This document shows, one piece after another, positions 26,633 through 35,384 of a stretch of DNA of 64,000 nt; within the stretch, counting starts at the first letter, position 1, and each line of letters starts with the position of its first letter. Under the pieces are notes generated by a model. That model did no database searches. It saw only the letters and a program-made list of their open reading frames with translations, and had not been told where the DNA came from. The stretch is from an uncultured Verrucomicrobiota bacterium (lineage in GTDB: Bacteria; Verrucomicrobiota; Kiritimatiellia; JAAZAB01). The position numbers and the translations under genes are program-made. The stretch lies in assembly GCA_964475165.1 (NCBI GenBank), contig CAYYVN010000008.1:4160-68159 (forward strand), written 5' to 3'.

Positions 26633-27802
26633 TCAGATGGTCATATGCTTGGCTTGGATGGCATCGGCCAGGGCATCCATTTGGGCCAGCGTGGCGGCGG
26701 CTGGCGCCCCCTTGCAGAGCACGCTGCCTAAAAGCTCCACCTTCAGATTGGGGATCAGGCCCGCGAGCTGTTCCACGGCCTTGGTGCCCCAACCGTAGGA
26801 GCCGATGATGGCGGCATATTTCAGCTTAGGTCGTAGAGCATTGGCCAGATGCGCGGCCGCGAAGACATGAGGATGCGGTCCCCAATGCACCGTGGGCGTG
26901 CCGATGACCAGCGTGGCCGCATCCACCAGGGCCATGGCCAGCTTACCGATATCGGTACTGGCCAGCTCGAATTTCTGGACGCTGACGCCGCGCTTGGCCA
27001 GGGCGGCCACCAAATGATCCACCATGATCTCCGTGCTGCCATGCATGGAGATATAGGGGATGACCACCAGATTGGCCGCCCGCTCGGAAACCCAGTTTCG
27101 ATAGGCGGCTAGGATATGTTGCGGTTGATCATGGAGGGGACCATGGCTAGGGGCGATCAGATCGAAATTCAGATTATCGATTTTCTGTAGATGCCCCTGG
27201 ATCGCTTGCCGAAAAGGCATCATGATCTCCGCATAGTAGCGCTTGGCAGCCTCCAGGATATAGGGGTCATGGCCGGCATAGAGGCCGGACATAGCCATAT
27301 GCGAGCCCAGGAAGTCACAAGTGAATAAGAGCCGGTCTTCCGGCAGATGAGCCAGCATGGTCTCGGGCCAATGCACCCAGGGGGTATGCAGGAAGCGCAG
27401 CGTTTTGCCTCCCAGGGCGATGCTCTCACCATCGGCTACCGTCTGAATACGTTGGGCTGGTAGCGCCAGATGCTCCATCAGCAAATCCTTGGCCTTGGGC
27501 GAACAGAGCACTGTGGCTGCTGGATATTTTTCCAGGATTAAAGGGATGCTGCCCGAGTGATCCTGTTCGGCATGCAAGGAAACCACGTAATCAATCTGCG
27601 GGATATGCTCCAGGCGCCGCTTCAGGATTGAGGCCATACTGGGGTCGACTGAGTCTATCAGGGCTATCTTCTCCGAGCCCTGCACCAGGTAGGCGTTATA
27701 GCTGGTGCCATCCGGTAGAGGGATCAAGGAATCAAACAAGCGCCGATTCCAATCCACTGCTCCCACCCACTGCACGCCCTTGCGTATTTCTATTGGTTGC
27801 AT
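26633..27802 (-). CDS. fprA: Flavodiiron protein (FprA/NorV-type O2/NO reductase)
   Basis: GTSYNAYL, H.EQDHSGS, PWVHWPET, D.LGSH, APSHG, then a flavodoxin domain (S.HGSTE, GSYGWG). Start set at ATG 27802. Confidence 0.93.
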   Translation of the reverse strand: MQPIEIRKGVQWVGAVDWNRRLFDSLIPLPDGTSYNAYLVQGSEKIALIDSVDPSMASILKRRLEHIPQIDYVVSLHAEQDHSGSIPLILEKYPAATVLCSPKAKDLLMEHLALPAQRIQTVADGESIALGGKTLRFLHTPWVHWPETMLAHLPEDRLLFTCDFLGSHMAMSGLYAGHDPYILEAAKRYYAEIMMPFRQAIQGHLQKIDNLNFDLIAPSHGPLHDQPQHILAAYRNWVSERAANLVVIPYISMHGSTEIMVDHLVAALAKRGVSVQKFELASTDIGKLAMALVDAATLVIGTPTVHWGPHPHVFAAAHLANALRPKLKYAAIIGSYGWGTKAVEQLAGLIPNLKVELLGSVLCKGAPAAATLAQMDALADAIQAKHMTI

Positions 27803-27883
27803 AGGTCTCTCCCTTGGCGGATGATGATTTTTTAGGCGCTGGGCAACACAATCTAGGGCAGGCTGCCCCGGGCACCTGAGCGG

Positions 27884-27921
27884 CAAGCGGCAGCCGCGTG
27901 TTTAGACGCCGCTGCCGCTTG
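27884..27921. repeat. Strong intergenic inverted repeat (16-bp stem, one mismatch) between prx and fprA
   Basis: CAAGCGGCAGCCGCGT-GTTTAG-ACGCCGCTGCCGCTTG; no U-tract on either strand. Confidence 0.7.
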
Positions 27922-27944
27922 TGATGCTCAGTAGGTTTTACGGT

Positions 27945-28628
27945 TTATTTTGAGCGCGGGCATTTCTTGAAGCACATGAACCAGTCCAGGCAGGTCACAT
28001 CCGGATCTTGTTGTTGGGTGCGATCCTTGGCCAGACCGCAGGATCCGGGCGGCGGTACGATGACATCGTCGCCTGGCTGCCAGTTAGCCGGTGTGGCCAC
28101 GCCATGTTCATCGGAGGTCTGCATGGCGATCAGCAGCCGCATCACTTCAGCCATGTGGCGGCCATTCGAGAGGGGATAATAGAGGATCGCCCGCACGATT
28201 GACTTAGGATCAATGATGAATACCGCCCGCACAGCCTGAGTGCTGCTGGCGCCCGGCTGCAGCATGCCGAAGGCTTTGGAGACATCCATCTTGAGATCTT
28301 CGATTACCGGGAAGTTGATTTCGACATTCTTCATGCCCTTGTAAGCGATTTTCTCTTTGATGGTCAACAGCCACGCGATATGCGCGTAGATACTATCGAT
28401 GGAAAGCCCCAACAACTTGCAGTTGCGCTTGGCAAAATCATCCTGCATTGAGGCAAAGGTCATGAATTCCGTCGTGCATACCGGCGTGAAATCGGCCGGA
28501 TGCGAAAAGAACACGACCCAACTCCCCTCGTAATCCTGCGGGAAATTGATCTTGCCCTGGGTGGTGACGGCGGTGAACGCCGGTGCCTTGTCGCCGATTA
28601 ACGGTAGACGCACTGTTTCTTCGCTCAT
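27945..28628 (-). CDS. Peroxiredoxin (Prx6/archaeal-type)
   Basis: FSHPADFTPVCTTEF peroxidatic motif, ATPANW.PG, and a C-terminal CLDWFMC. Confidence 0.92.
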   Translation of the reverse strand: MSEETVRLPLIGDKAPAFTAVTTQGKINFPQDYEGSWVVFFSHPADFTPVCTTEFMTFASMQDDFAKRNCKLLGLSIDSIYAHIAWLLTIKEKIAYKGMKNVEINFPVIEDLKMDVSKAFGMLQPGASSTQAVRAVFIIDPKSIVRAILYYPLSNGRHMAEVMRLLIAMQTSDEHGVATPANWQPGDDVIVPPPGSCGLAKDRTQQQDPDVTCLDWFMCFKKCPRSK

Positions 28629-28915
28629 GCTCTATCTCCTTTTTGGCCTCGTTTGTTTTTTAAGCTGCTGCTGAGGCCTGCGGCAGCTTAATATGTCAGG
28701 CACAGCGGAATTGCCCATGCCTGGCGATGCGATCCATGCGAGCGCCTGCTCGCAATTTAAAAACAGGCTAACATAATCCTGGCCAGATATCCAGCAATTC
28801 TATCAAGAGCTTGTGCTGCTGAACGGATCCTGCCCATAACTCTGAAGCTCCTCGCTCGTAGATTGTAAAGATTTATGCGTTTTTTTCTGCTGCGTCTGGC
28901 CCGGTTGCTGTTGCG

Positions 28916-30208
28916 CTAAGCATTAAGCGCCCCTGGTATGATCGCTCCATGTTGCCGCAACAGGGCGTAGACATCCTCCAGCGGCAGTTCCTCCGGATCC
29001 AGCTCTTGCGCCGCGCTCAAGGCCGCCAGCGCGCCGGCCGCCTGACCGGTGGCCATACAAGTTGCTTGGACGCGTAAAGCTGAATTGGCCAGACGATCGC
29101 TGGCGAGGCAACGGCCGGCTACCAACAGATAATGGCTCTTAACCGGCAGTAGCGCTCCGCGCGGCACAGTGGGCACCACTCCCTCGGCCAAAGGCTGGCA
29201 TTGCACGCCCGATCCGGCTGCGCCGTGCAGGTCAATGGGATAGAAAGCATAACAGAGGGCATCTTCCCATAGCCGACCGGATTGATAGTCTTGAACTGTC
29301 ACGGTTTTTTTACCTTGGATGGTGATGGTTTCGCGCACGCCGCATTCGGGGGCCAGCTGTTCGATAACCAGTTGCTCCAACCCCGGTTGCTGGCGCAGAA
29401 AGCGATAGAGCCGCAAGAGGCTCTGGCGGGCTTGCAATTCCAGGCGACTCTTGCTCCGGCTGTCCCGGGCGTTGATGTTATAGATATGATTGGAGTTGAA
29501 GCCGTGGCTGGAGAGCCAGCGTTCGATATGGGGCCCGTGGGCGTTCCAGGATGCATCGGTGTAGGCCAGGCGTCCGGCGCGCACCTCGCCGTCGAAGGCC
29601 CGGTTGATGCTATCCAAATCGAGTTTTGCCAGATCATATCCGCCGACTCGATAGGCCAGGGTGGCCGGCTGGTTGGTCTCTGGCAGATTAAGCGGCAAGC
29701 CGGCCAGGGCGACGGCATTGGCATCGCCGGTGGCGTCGATCAAGACTTTGGCGCTATAGCGCAATAAGCCTTCCTTGGCGCAGAGGGTTATGCGCCATCC
29801 CGCGTGCTGGGTCCAGGGTTCCAGGTCGGCTAAGAGGGTATGGAAGAGGATCTCAACTCCGGCCGCGCCGGCGGCCTCATCGCAGAGTGCCGCATAAAGG
29901 CTGGGATTAACGCGTATCTGGAGGCGGTCATGCGATTGGCGATAAGCGGTGAAGTCGGGCAGGCTGTCGCCGGCTTCTCTCACGCACCGCTCGACTAACT
30001 CCCAGCCCAGGCCGGCGATGATCTGTCGACCCCAGGCATGGAAGAGGCCCGGGTAGTGCATGCCGGCGGAGGTGAGCGTGCCGCCCAGCAGGCCGGTTTT
30101 TTCCACAAGTAGGGTCCTGGCTCCGGCGCGCCCCGCCTGAATGGCGGCTATCGTTCCGGCTGTTCCTCCACCGATAACAATTACATCATATGCTAGTGGC
30201 TCTTGCAT
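28916..30208 (-). CDS. FAD-dependent oxidoreductase (FAD_oxidored/GidA-like family)
   Basis: DVIVIGGGTAG..AAI.A.R.G..TLLVEK...LGG..T, IDATGDA, and VP.GAL.P....LLVAGRC. Confidence 0.85.
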   Translation of the reverse strand: MQEPLAYDVIVIGGGTAGTIAAIQAGRAGARTLLVEKTGLLGGTLTSAGMHYPGLFHAWGRQIIAGLGWELVERCVREAGDSLPDFTAYRQSHDRLQIRVNPSLYAALCDEAAGAAGVEILFHTLLADLEPWTQHAGWRITLCAKEGLLRYSAKVLIDATGDANAVALAGLPLNLPETNQPATLAYRVGGYDLAKLDLDSINRAFDGEVRAGRLAYTDASWNAHGPHIERWLSSHGFNSNHIYNINARDSRSKSRLELQARQSLLRLYRFLRQQPGLEQLVIEQLAPECGVRETITIQGKKTVTVQDYQSGRLWEDALCYAFYPIDLHGAAGSGVQCQPLAEGVVPTVPRGALLPVKSHYLLVAGRCLASDRLANSALRVQATCMATGQAAGALAALSAAQELDPEELPLEDVYALLRQHGAIIPGALNA

Positions 30209-30451
30209 GGCGACCGGGCGGATGGCATGGCCCGTTTCTCCGTCGGATCGTTGCCAGTTATTTCCACAACATGCTTTAGAGGCTGATGCTATTGTGAGCC
30301 AGCAGAGAAGTCGAGCCTAATTCTCTTGGCTAGCCTGACCAGCGGCCTGCGCTGCTGATAGGCCGGCGCGGTTTGGGAGGGCCCTTTTCTTAGGCCGCGC
30401 CCGGTTTTTCAGGTATTTCCTAGGGCGGCGAGGGGACGCCATAAAAAAAGG

Positions 30452-30481
30452 TTGACTGCTTCCCGGCTATTATGCCATAAA
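30452..30481 (+). promoter_or_regulatory. Putative promoter of the TRL lipoprotein gene
   Basis: A-tract, TTGACT, 18-nt spacer, extended -10 TGcCATAAA. Confidence 0.45.
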
Positions 30482-30529
30482 GTGTTTCGGAAACCGCGAG
30501 TTATCGCACATAAACAAAAGGAGGCGCCA

Positions 30530-30850
30530 ATGCAGAAATGGTTGACCGGATTGAGTTTTATGTTGGTGTTAGGCATGGTCATGCTGGCCATGGGCTGTGC
30601 ATCGCCGAAGCCTGTCGGTGTGATATACACCGAGACCACCACACCGGAAATAGCCACCTCGAACGCCCAGGCCACGAAAGTTGGCGTTTCCGAGTGCATT
30701 TCTGTTATGGCCTTGGTGGCCGTGGGGGATGCCAGTATCGCAGCGGCAGCCAAGAATGGCGGCATCACCAAAATCCATAGTGTGGATTGGAATGCCAAAA
30801 GTATTCTAGGGATTTACAGCGTCTACCAGACGATCGTTCGCGGCGAATAA
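30530..30850 (+). CDS. TRL-like family lipoprotein
   Basis: Lipobox AMG-C; K.G..EC.S..ALVAVGDASI..A...GGITKI..VD.....ILG.Y......V.G. RBS AGGAGG; start set at ATG 30530. Confidence 0.85.
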   Translation: MQKWLTGLSFMLVLGMVMLAMGCASPKPVGVIYTETTTPEIATSNAQATKVGVSECISVMALVAVGDASIAAAAKNGGITKIHSVDWNAKSILGIYSVYQTIVRGE

Positions 30851-30860
30851 GCGCAGTTTG

Positions 30861-30914
30861 AAAAAAGGCAGAAAAGGTTTAGCCCTTCGGGGCGGTCGGT
30901 TCTGCCTTTTTTTT
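30861..30914. terminator. Bidirectional intrinsic terminator between the TRL gene and hddC
   Basis: AAAAAAGGCAGAA...TTCTGCCTTTTTTTT stem with an internal GCCC-TTCG-GGGC hairpin; sits between convergent genes. Confidence 0.75.
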
Positions 30915-30925
30915 ATGCCGCGAGC

Positions 30926-31618
30926 TTAGCGGAAGTATTGTTCCATGGCGGCCAGTCCGGCGGGCGTGCCCATATCCAAAAGCGGCGGCGGAGTGGGGCA
31001 GACGCTTAGTTGCCGCTGCGCAGCCAGGCCCGGGAAAATATCCTTCTCCAATGAAAGGGCCTCATCCACCGGCAACAGATCCAAGATCGCTTTGGACATC
31101 AGATAGATACCGCCATTGATCCAGGCCGCCTCCCGCTCAGCTTTTTCATGGAAGGCGACCAAGCGTCGCTGGGCATCGAACTCAATCGTACCATAGCGGT
31201 CTGCCGGCCGGATTTGGGTGACGGCGATGGCTGCCAAGATGCCGTTCTGCCCGGCGGCGGTTCGCAGAGCGGTCAGTTCCAGGGCCGGCAAGAGGGTATC
31301 GCCGTTGAGGACCAGGAAGGGATCGGAGCGGATATGATTCTGGGCGAACTTCAGGCCGCCAGCCGTGCCCAGGGGGCTGGGCTCGATGGAATAGGAGAGC
31401 TGGCCGTCGGGCTTGGCCTGGCCTAGCCAGGCCACGATATCCTGAGCTAGATAACCGGCCGCCAGATGGATGGCTTCGATCCCCAAACGGTTCAGCCAGC
31501 GCAGCTGGCGCGCGAGGAAGGGTTCACCGGCGACTGGTACCAGCGCCTTGGGGCGATCAGGAAAGAGTTCCTTGATGCGCGTGCCCCGGCCACCCAGCAG
31601 AATGATCGCTTGAATCAT
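30926..31618 (-). CDS. hddC: Sugar-phosphate nucleotidyltransferase, HddC-like (heptose-1-P guanylyltransferase)
   Basis: ILLGG.GTR......RPKAL.PV.G.PFL, EP.PLGT.G.L, LNGDT, INGGIY and SLE.D.FP. Co-located with hddA. Confidence 0.75.
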   Translation of the reverse strand: MIQAIILLGGRGTRIKELFPDRPKALVPVAGEPFLARQLRWLNRLGIEAIHLAAGYLAQDIVAWLGQAKPDGQLSYSIEPSPLGTAGGLKFAQNHIRSDPFLVLNGDTLLPALELTALRTAAGQNGILAAIAVTQIRPADRYGTIEFDAQRRLVAFHEKAEREAAWINGGIYLMSKAILDLLPVDEALSLEKDIFPGLAAQRQLSVCPTPPPLLDMGTPAGLAAMEQYFR

Positions 31619-31628
31619 GGCGTATCAG

Positions 31629-31656
31629 ATAATATACTTTGAACAGGGTTTGTCAA
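31629..31656 (-). promoter_or_regulatory. Canonical sigma70 promoter for hddC
   Basis: Minus strand TTGACA (31656-31651)-16 nt-TATTAT (31634-31629), 10 nt above the hddC ATG. Confidence 0.6.
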
Positions 31657-31710
31657 AACAAGCCTGCGCTTTAATCAGCCCGTAAGTGTGTCGGTGGCTA
31701 AGATAAACGG

Positions 31711-32964
31711 ATGAAGACGACCCCTCAAAAACAGCCCGCGAGCACGCCGCCCACATGGCTCAAGACCTTTCTGGCTGTGGTCATTGCCTTGGCGGTAATT
31801 TTGGCCCTGGCGGCCTTGGTGATGATGTTCAATTGGGCGCCGATCACCCGAGCTCTCGCTCAGGAGGGCTGGGGGGCTTTTGCTGCTGTTATCCAGCGTA
31901 ATAAGATCAGCGCTTTATGGCATGCTTCCTTGATGAGCGCCGCCCTGGCGCTGGGCGTCTGGCTCTTGTGCTGCACGCCCGGACTGCGCCGCGCAGTGGC
32001 ACAGTCCTTAGCCTGGCTATTGGTCTTGCTGGTGGCCGCCGATGCTTTCTATTTAGCGCGCCATTATATCAAGACCATGCCGCTCAGTGCCGTGGCCGAA
32101 AATGATGTTATCCGCATCTTAAAATCTGCTCAGCCCGACGGTCGGGTAGCATTGGTGAGTCAATCCGGATTTTATAATCTCTGGTTGACCTATCTCTTGC
32201 CCTATCATCATATCCAGGCGATGAATGTGACCCAGATGCCCCGTATGCCCCAGGATTATAAGCAATTCCTCGAGGCGCTGGGTGGCCAGCCCTTGCGGCT
32301 GTGGCAACTTTCCGCCGTGACACATGTTTTGGGGCCAGCCCAGTTTTGGAATCATCTTCAGCAGGATGAACAGCTGCGCGCTGCTTTCAGACTGCTGTAC
32401 GCTTATAATGTTATACAAGATGATGCGCGCGTGACGGTTATCCCGGCCAGTGCCGAGCAACCGGGTCAACATGTGGTGCTGGAGCTGAAACTGCCCGCCC
32501 CGCGCTTCGCCTTGCTGGCCGGCTGGGAGGCTTTGCCGGATGATGAGGCTTTGCATCGCCTGGCCGATGAAGCTTTTCCCCTGTGGACCCAAGTCCTGGT
32601 GGCGCCGGAATGCGCCCAGGATCTAGCGCCCTTGGCGGGGCAGGGCTTGCGAGGCAGGATACAGCGCAAAAGCGGCTCGGCCCGCGAGGTGATTCTGGAT
32701 ATTATCACGGAAGAAGCGGCTATTTTGAGGATTGCCAATAAATATGATCCGGACTGGAAAGCCTGGGTGGATGGGCAGTCTCAACCTGTCTTGAGGGTCG
32801 ATTATATCTTTCAGGGGGTATATATTGCCCCCGGCCGCCATGAAATCATTTTGCGTTACGCGCCCCGCATTTGGACGGCTTGGGTTCAGGTGGCAGGGAT
32901 ATTGGCGTGCGGGGGAGCGGCATGGATCTTATTGGCTCGCCGCCGGAAAAATCCGGATAAATAG
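31711..32964 (+). CDS. YfhO-family GT-C protein, C-terminal half only
   Basis: Three TMs (LL..LVAAD.......Y), then a soluble region ending PR..L...W, EAAILR....YDPDWKAWVDG....V.RVDY.FQGV.I..G.HE....Y.P and a final TM, which is the YfhO C-terminus. Confidence 0.75.
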   Translation: MKTTPQKQPASTPPTWLKTFLAVVIALAVILALAALVMMFNWAPITRALAQEGWGAFAAVIQRNKISALWHASLMSAALALGVWLLCCTPGLRRAVAQSLAWLLVLLVAADAFYLARHYIKTMPLSAVAENDVIRILKSAQPDGRVALVSQSGFYNLWLTYLLPYHHIQAMNVTQMPRMPQDYKQFLEALGGQPLRLWQLSAVTHVLGPAQFWNHLQQDEQLRAAFRLLYAYNVIQDDARVTVIPASAEQPGQHVVLELKLPAPRFALLAGWEALPDDEALHRLADEAFPLWTQVLVAPECAQDLAPLAGQGLRGRIQRKSGSAREVILDIITEEAAILRIANKYDPDWKAWVDGQSQPVLRVDYIFQGVYIAPGRHEIILRYAPRIWTAWVQVAGILACGGAAWILLARRRKNPDK

Positions 32965-33950
32965 CCCATCCCGTAACCTAGATGAGCAACTAAGAATCCC
33001 GTTATGGTCATGAGAGCTTCGAGGGCGCCAGAGGAAACTTTCAGGCTCTCGAAGATAATCGCCAAGAAATATAAGAATAGCGGCAGATAGCTTAAACTTA
33101 TTATTCGGGCCGGCCAAGGGCATAGCCAGATAAAATTGACGATCAAAAGGTAGATCATTAGCAGCGCCGGCATGGCCTGCCAGAGATATGTGCTCCCTTT
33201 TCCCTTTCGAGCGATCCAGCCTTTGTAAAGGCCGTAATTATAAAATTGTTTGAAAAAAGGGAGATACACGGCGCGGCGGTGATGAAAGACCACCACCTCC
33301 GGGTCGTAAAGGATTGTTAAGCCTTGGGCGCGCATATCTTCGCAAAAGACCATATCCTCAGCGGTATCAAGTCTTTCATCAAAGAACAGGTTGGGGGGCC
33401 GGCGTATCACCATGTTGCAAGTTGGCATCTCATTCACCAAGCGGCGCGATACGGGGCGATGGCGAATATGGGCTGGTCCAAACCCTAGCGGACTGGCCAT
33501 CACATGTCCTGAGATCCGGCGCCGTAAAGCATCCCTGGGTGGCGTCAGGTTGGGGCCGGCCACTATTCCAACTTTATCCCGTAGTAAGGGCACGGCTTGT
33601 TTGAGCCAGTCGTTCCGGGGATAAGCATCGGCATCAATGAAAGCCAGGATTGATTCCTGTGCTTTGTGCAACGCGACATTCCGTTTGCAGGCCGGATTGC
33701 TGGGCCCCGTTGGCTCAATGATAACAGGGTGAACCTGCCCGACAGTTTCCAGTCGTTTTTTCCAATGTTCATCGGGCATCTCATTCGGCAAAAGCCACAA
33801 GGTGAAATGAGGATAGTCCAGCTTATGGCAATGCTGCACGCAATCCAGAAGCCAATCATCCCATTTATGGCAGGGGACCACGATAGCTACGGCGGGCCAC
33901 TCGTTGAGACGAGAGGGTAGTTCTGTTTGAGTTTTCATGCCATCCACCAT
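32886..33950 (-). CDS. GT2 family glycosyltransferase with C-terminal TMs
   Basis: AIVVPC, KRN.A, AFIDADAYP..DWL, NM..R...FDE....AED, Y.P.VVVFHHRR and F.KQ...YG. Confidence 0.85.
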   Translation of the reverse strand: MVDGMKTQTELPSRLNEWPAVAIVVPCHKWDDWLLDCVQHCHKLDYPHFTLWLLPNEMPDEHWKKRLETVGQVHPVIIEPTGPSNPACKRNVALHKAQESILAFIDADAYPRNDWLKQAVPLLRDKVGIVAGPNLTPPRDALRRRISGHVMASPLGFGPAHIRHRPVSRRLVNEMPTCNMVIRRPPNLFFDERLDTAEDMVFCEDMRAQGLTILYDPEVVVFHHRRAVYLPFFKQFYNYGLYKGWIARKGKGSTYLWQAMPALLMIYLLIVNFIWLCPWPARIISLSYLPLFLYFLAIIFESLKVSSGALEALMTITGFLVAHLGYGMGYLSGFFRRRANKIHAAPPHANIPAT

Positions 33951-34019
33951 TTACCCGCGTTAAAAGCGCACCTCAGTTCAAAATAGATTGGTTCTCATAA
34001 ACCGGCGGTAAGCTGGCCC

Positions 34020-35384
34020 TCAAAGCGCATGTGATCTTTGGCGGTGAGTTTTTTCATGGACGTCCCTGGCGCCCGCAGAAGATGGAGTATGGTTGCAGCG
34101 CATCAATTCATCCAGTCCATAGGCCGCCAGGATACCCAGGGTCAGTTGGAAGACTTGCAGGAATTTATTGGGATTGCGGATGGTGGAGATAAGCGGCAAT
34201 TTATAGAAGAGTGCATAAAGCGGAAAATATTTACCAAAAGCTAACAGGAGGGTGAGGCCGGCCGCGCAGCTCCAAAAGATTATTTCCGCTTTGCGTTCCG
34301 AATGCTCAGCGCCTGCACCTGCCTGATCATGCGGCAGGCCCTTGATAGCTGCCAGCAGGGCAAAGAGGGCCAGCAGGATGGGAATGGCACCCAGGTATTG
34401 GTTCTCCAGCTTGAAATTCATGAATCCCTGGCGAGTCTCTTCCCATCCGGCTGAGCGCCCCATGCGTCCCCAATAGGGGCCGGCAGCCTCACCGCTGCGC
34501 CAGCCCATATAGCCCGGGGCGATGAAGTCAATGCTTTCCGTCGGCGGCCAGCTCCATTGGGTGGCATAGGCCCACTTTTCCTCGGCCGACTCAGCCTGCA
34601 TCACAGCCACTTCCTGCACATTGATGCGGTAATTGCTGAGAATGTTGGAAAAGGAAAACAGCAGACCCATAGCGCCCAGCGTCAGCAGCACCAGGCAAGG
34701 CTTCCACCAGCTATGGCTGGCTCGCGCCAGCCGGATAGCCAGAAAGAGGGCGTAGGCGCCCAGAACCAATCCGAAGAAAAGGGCCACATCCAATTGCTCC
34801 AGGAACATCAGCCCTATGGCCGCACCGGCTAAAATACTCCAGGCGTAATGCGCCTGGCTCTCCAGCGCCTGCGCCAGGCAGTAGAGCCCCACACCGGCCC
34901 AGAGCAGCACGCCGAATTTGCCGATATGCCCGGCATAGGTTAAAGTTAAATTACTACCCAACCATAAGGCGCTCAATAATCCCATGAAAATGGCTGGGTA
35001 AGACATGCGGCGCCGTATCAGAAAGAGCATCATAAAAACAGAAGCGCCCAGCAGGGATAGGGCATGGATCCAGTTGAAATAAAGAGTGGTGGGCGCCAGC
35101 CAGAGTAAAACATTATTTAGAGTAAGAGGCAGGGAGCCGGCGGGCATGCCTAATAAGACAGAATCTTGCCACCACCATAAAAAGGATTCGGGCATTGTGC
35201 TCTTAGCCAAGTTGCATAAGCCGATGTTATCATCGGTAGTGAAAAGACACACATGCTTGAAAAATATCTGCCGAAACAAGCCAGCCGCCAAAAACAATAT
35301 GGCTAGCATAGCCCAAGCGAGCTTGCGGAGACTGGTGGAGGAGATAAGTTTATTTCCTTGTGAGGGCATATCCCTGCTCAGCAT
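34020..35384 (-). CDS. YfhO-family GT-C protein, N-terminal half only
   Basis: F.TDDNIG, W......GMP, AGHIGK, ATQWSWPP.E...F..PG..G, YWGRMG, YLG.IP..LA, L.LAFGKY.PLY..FY..P.....RNP.KF; ends just after this loop. Confidence 0.75.
   Translation of the reverse strand: MLSRDMPSQGNKLISSTSLRKLAWAMLAILFLAAGLFRQIFFKHVCLFTTDDNIGLCNLAKSTMPESFLWWWQDSVLLGMPAGSLPLTLNNVLLWLAPTTLYFNWIHALSLLGASVFMMLFLIRRRMSYPAIFMGLLSALWLGSNLTLTYAGHIGKFGVLLWAGVGLYCLAQALESQAHYAWSILAGAAIGLMFLEQLDVALFFGLVLGAYALFLAIRLARASHSWWKPCLVLLTLGAMGLLFSFSNILSNYRINVQEVAVMQAESAEEKWAYATQWSWPPTESIDFIAPGYMGWRSGEAAGPYWGRMGRSAGWEETRQGFMNFKLENQYLGAIPILLALFALLAAIKGLPHDQAGAGAEHSERKAEIIFWSCAAGLTLLLAFGKYFPLYALFYKLPLISTIRNPNKFLQVFQLTLGILAAYGLDELMRCNHTPSSAGARDVHEKTHRQRSHAL

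Noticed and set aside
31705-34120. Direct in-frame fusion of yfhO-N and yfhO-C by inversion at the shared heptamer GGATGAA, or at ACATG
   Set aside because: The shared k-mers sit in different reading frames in the two halves, so recombination there would not restore one ORF.
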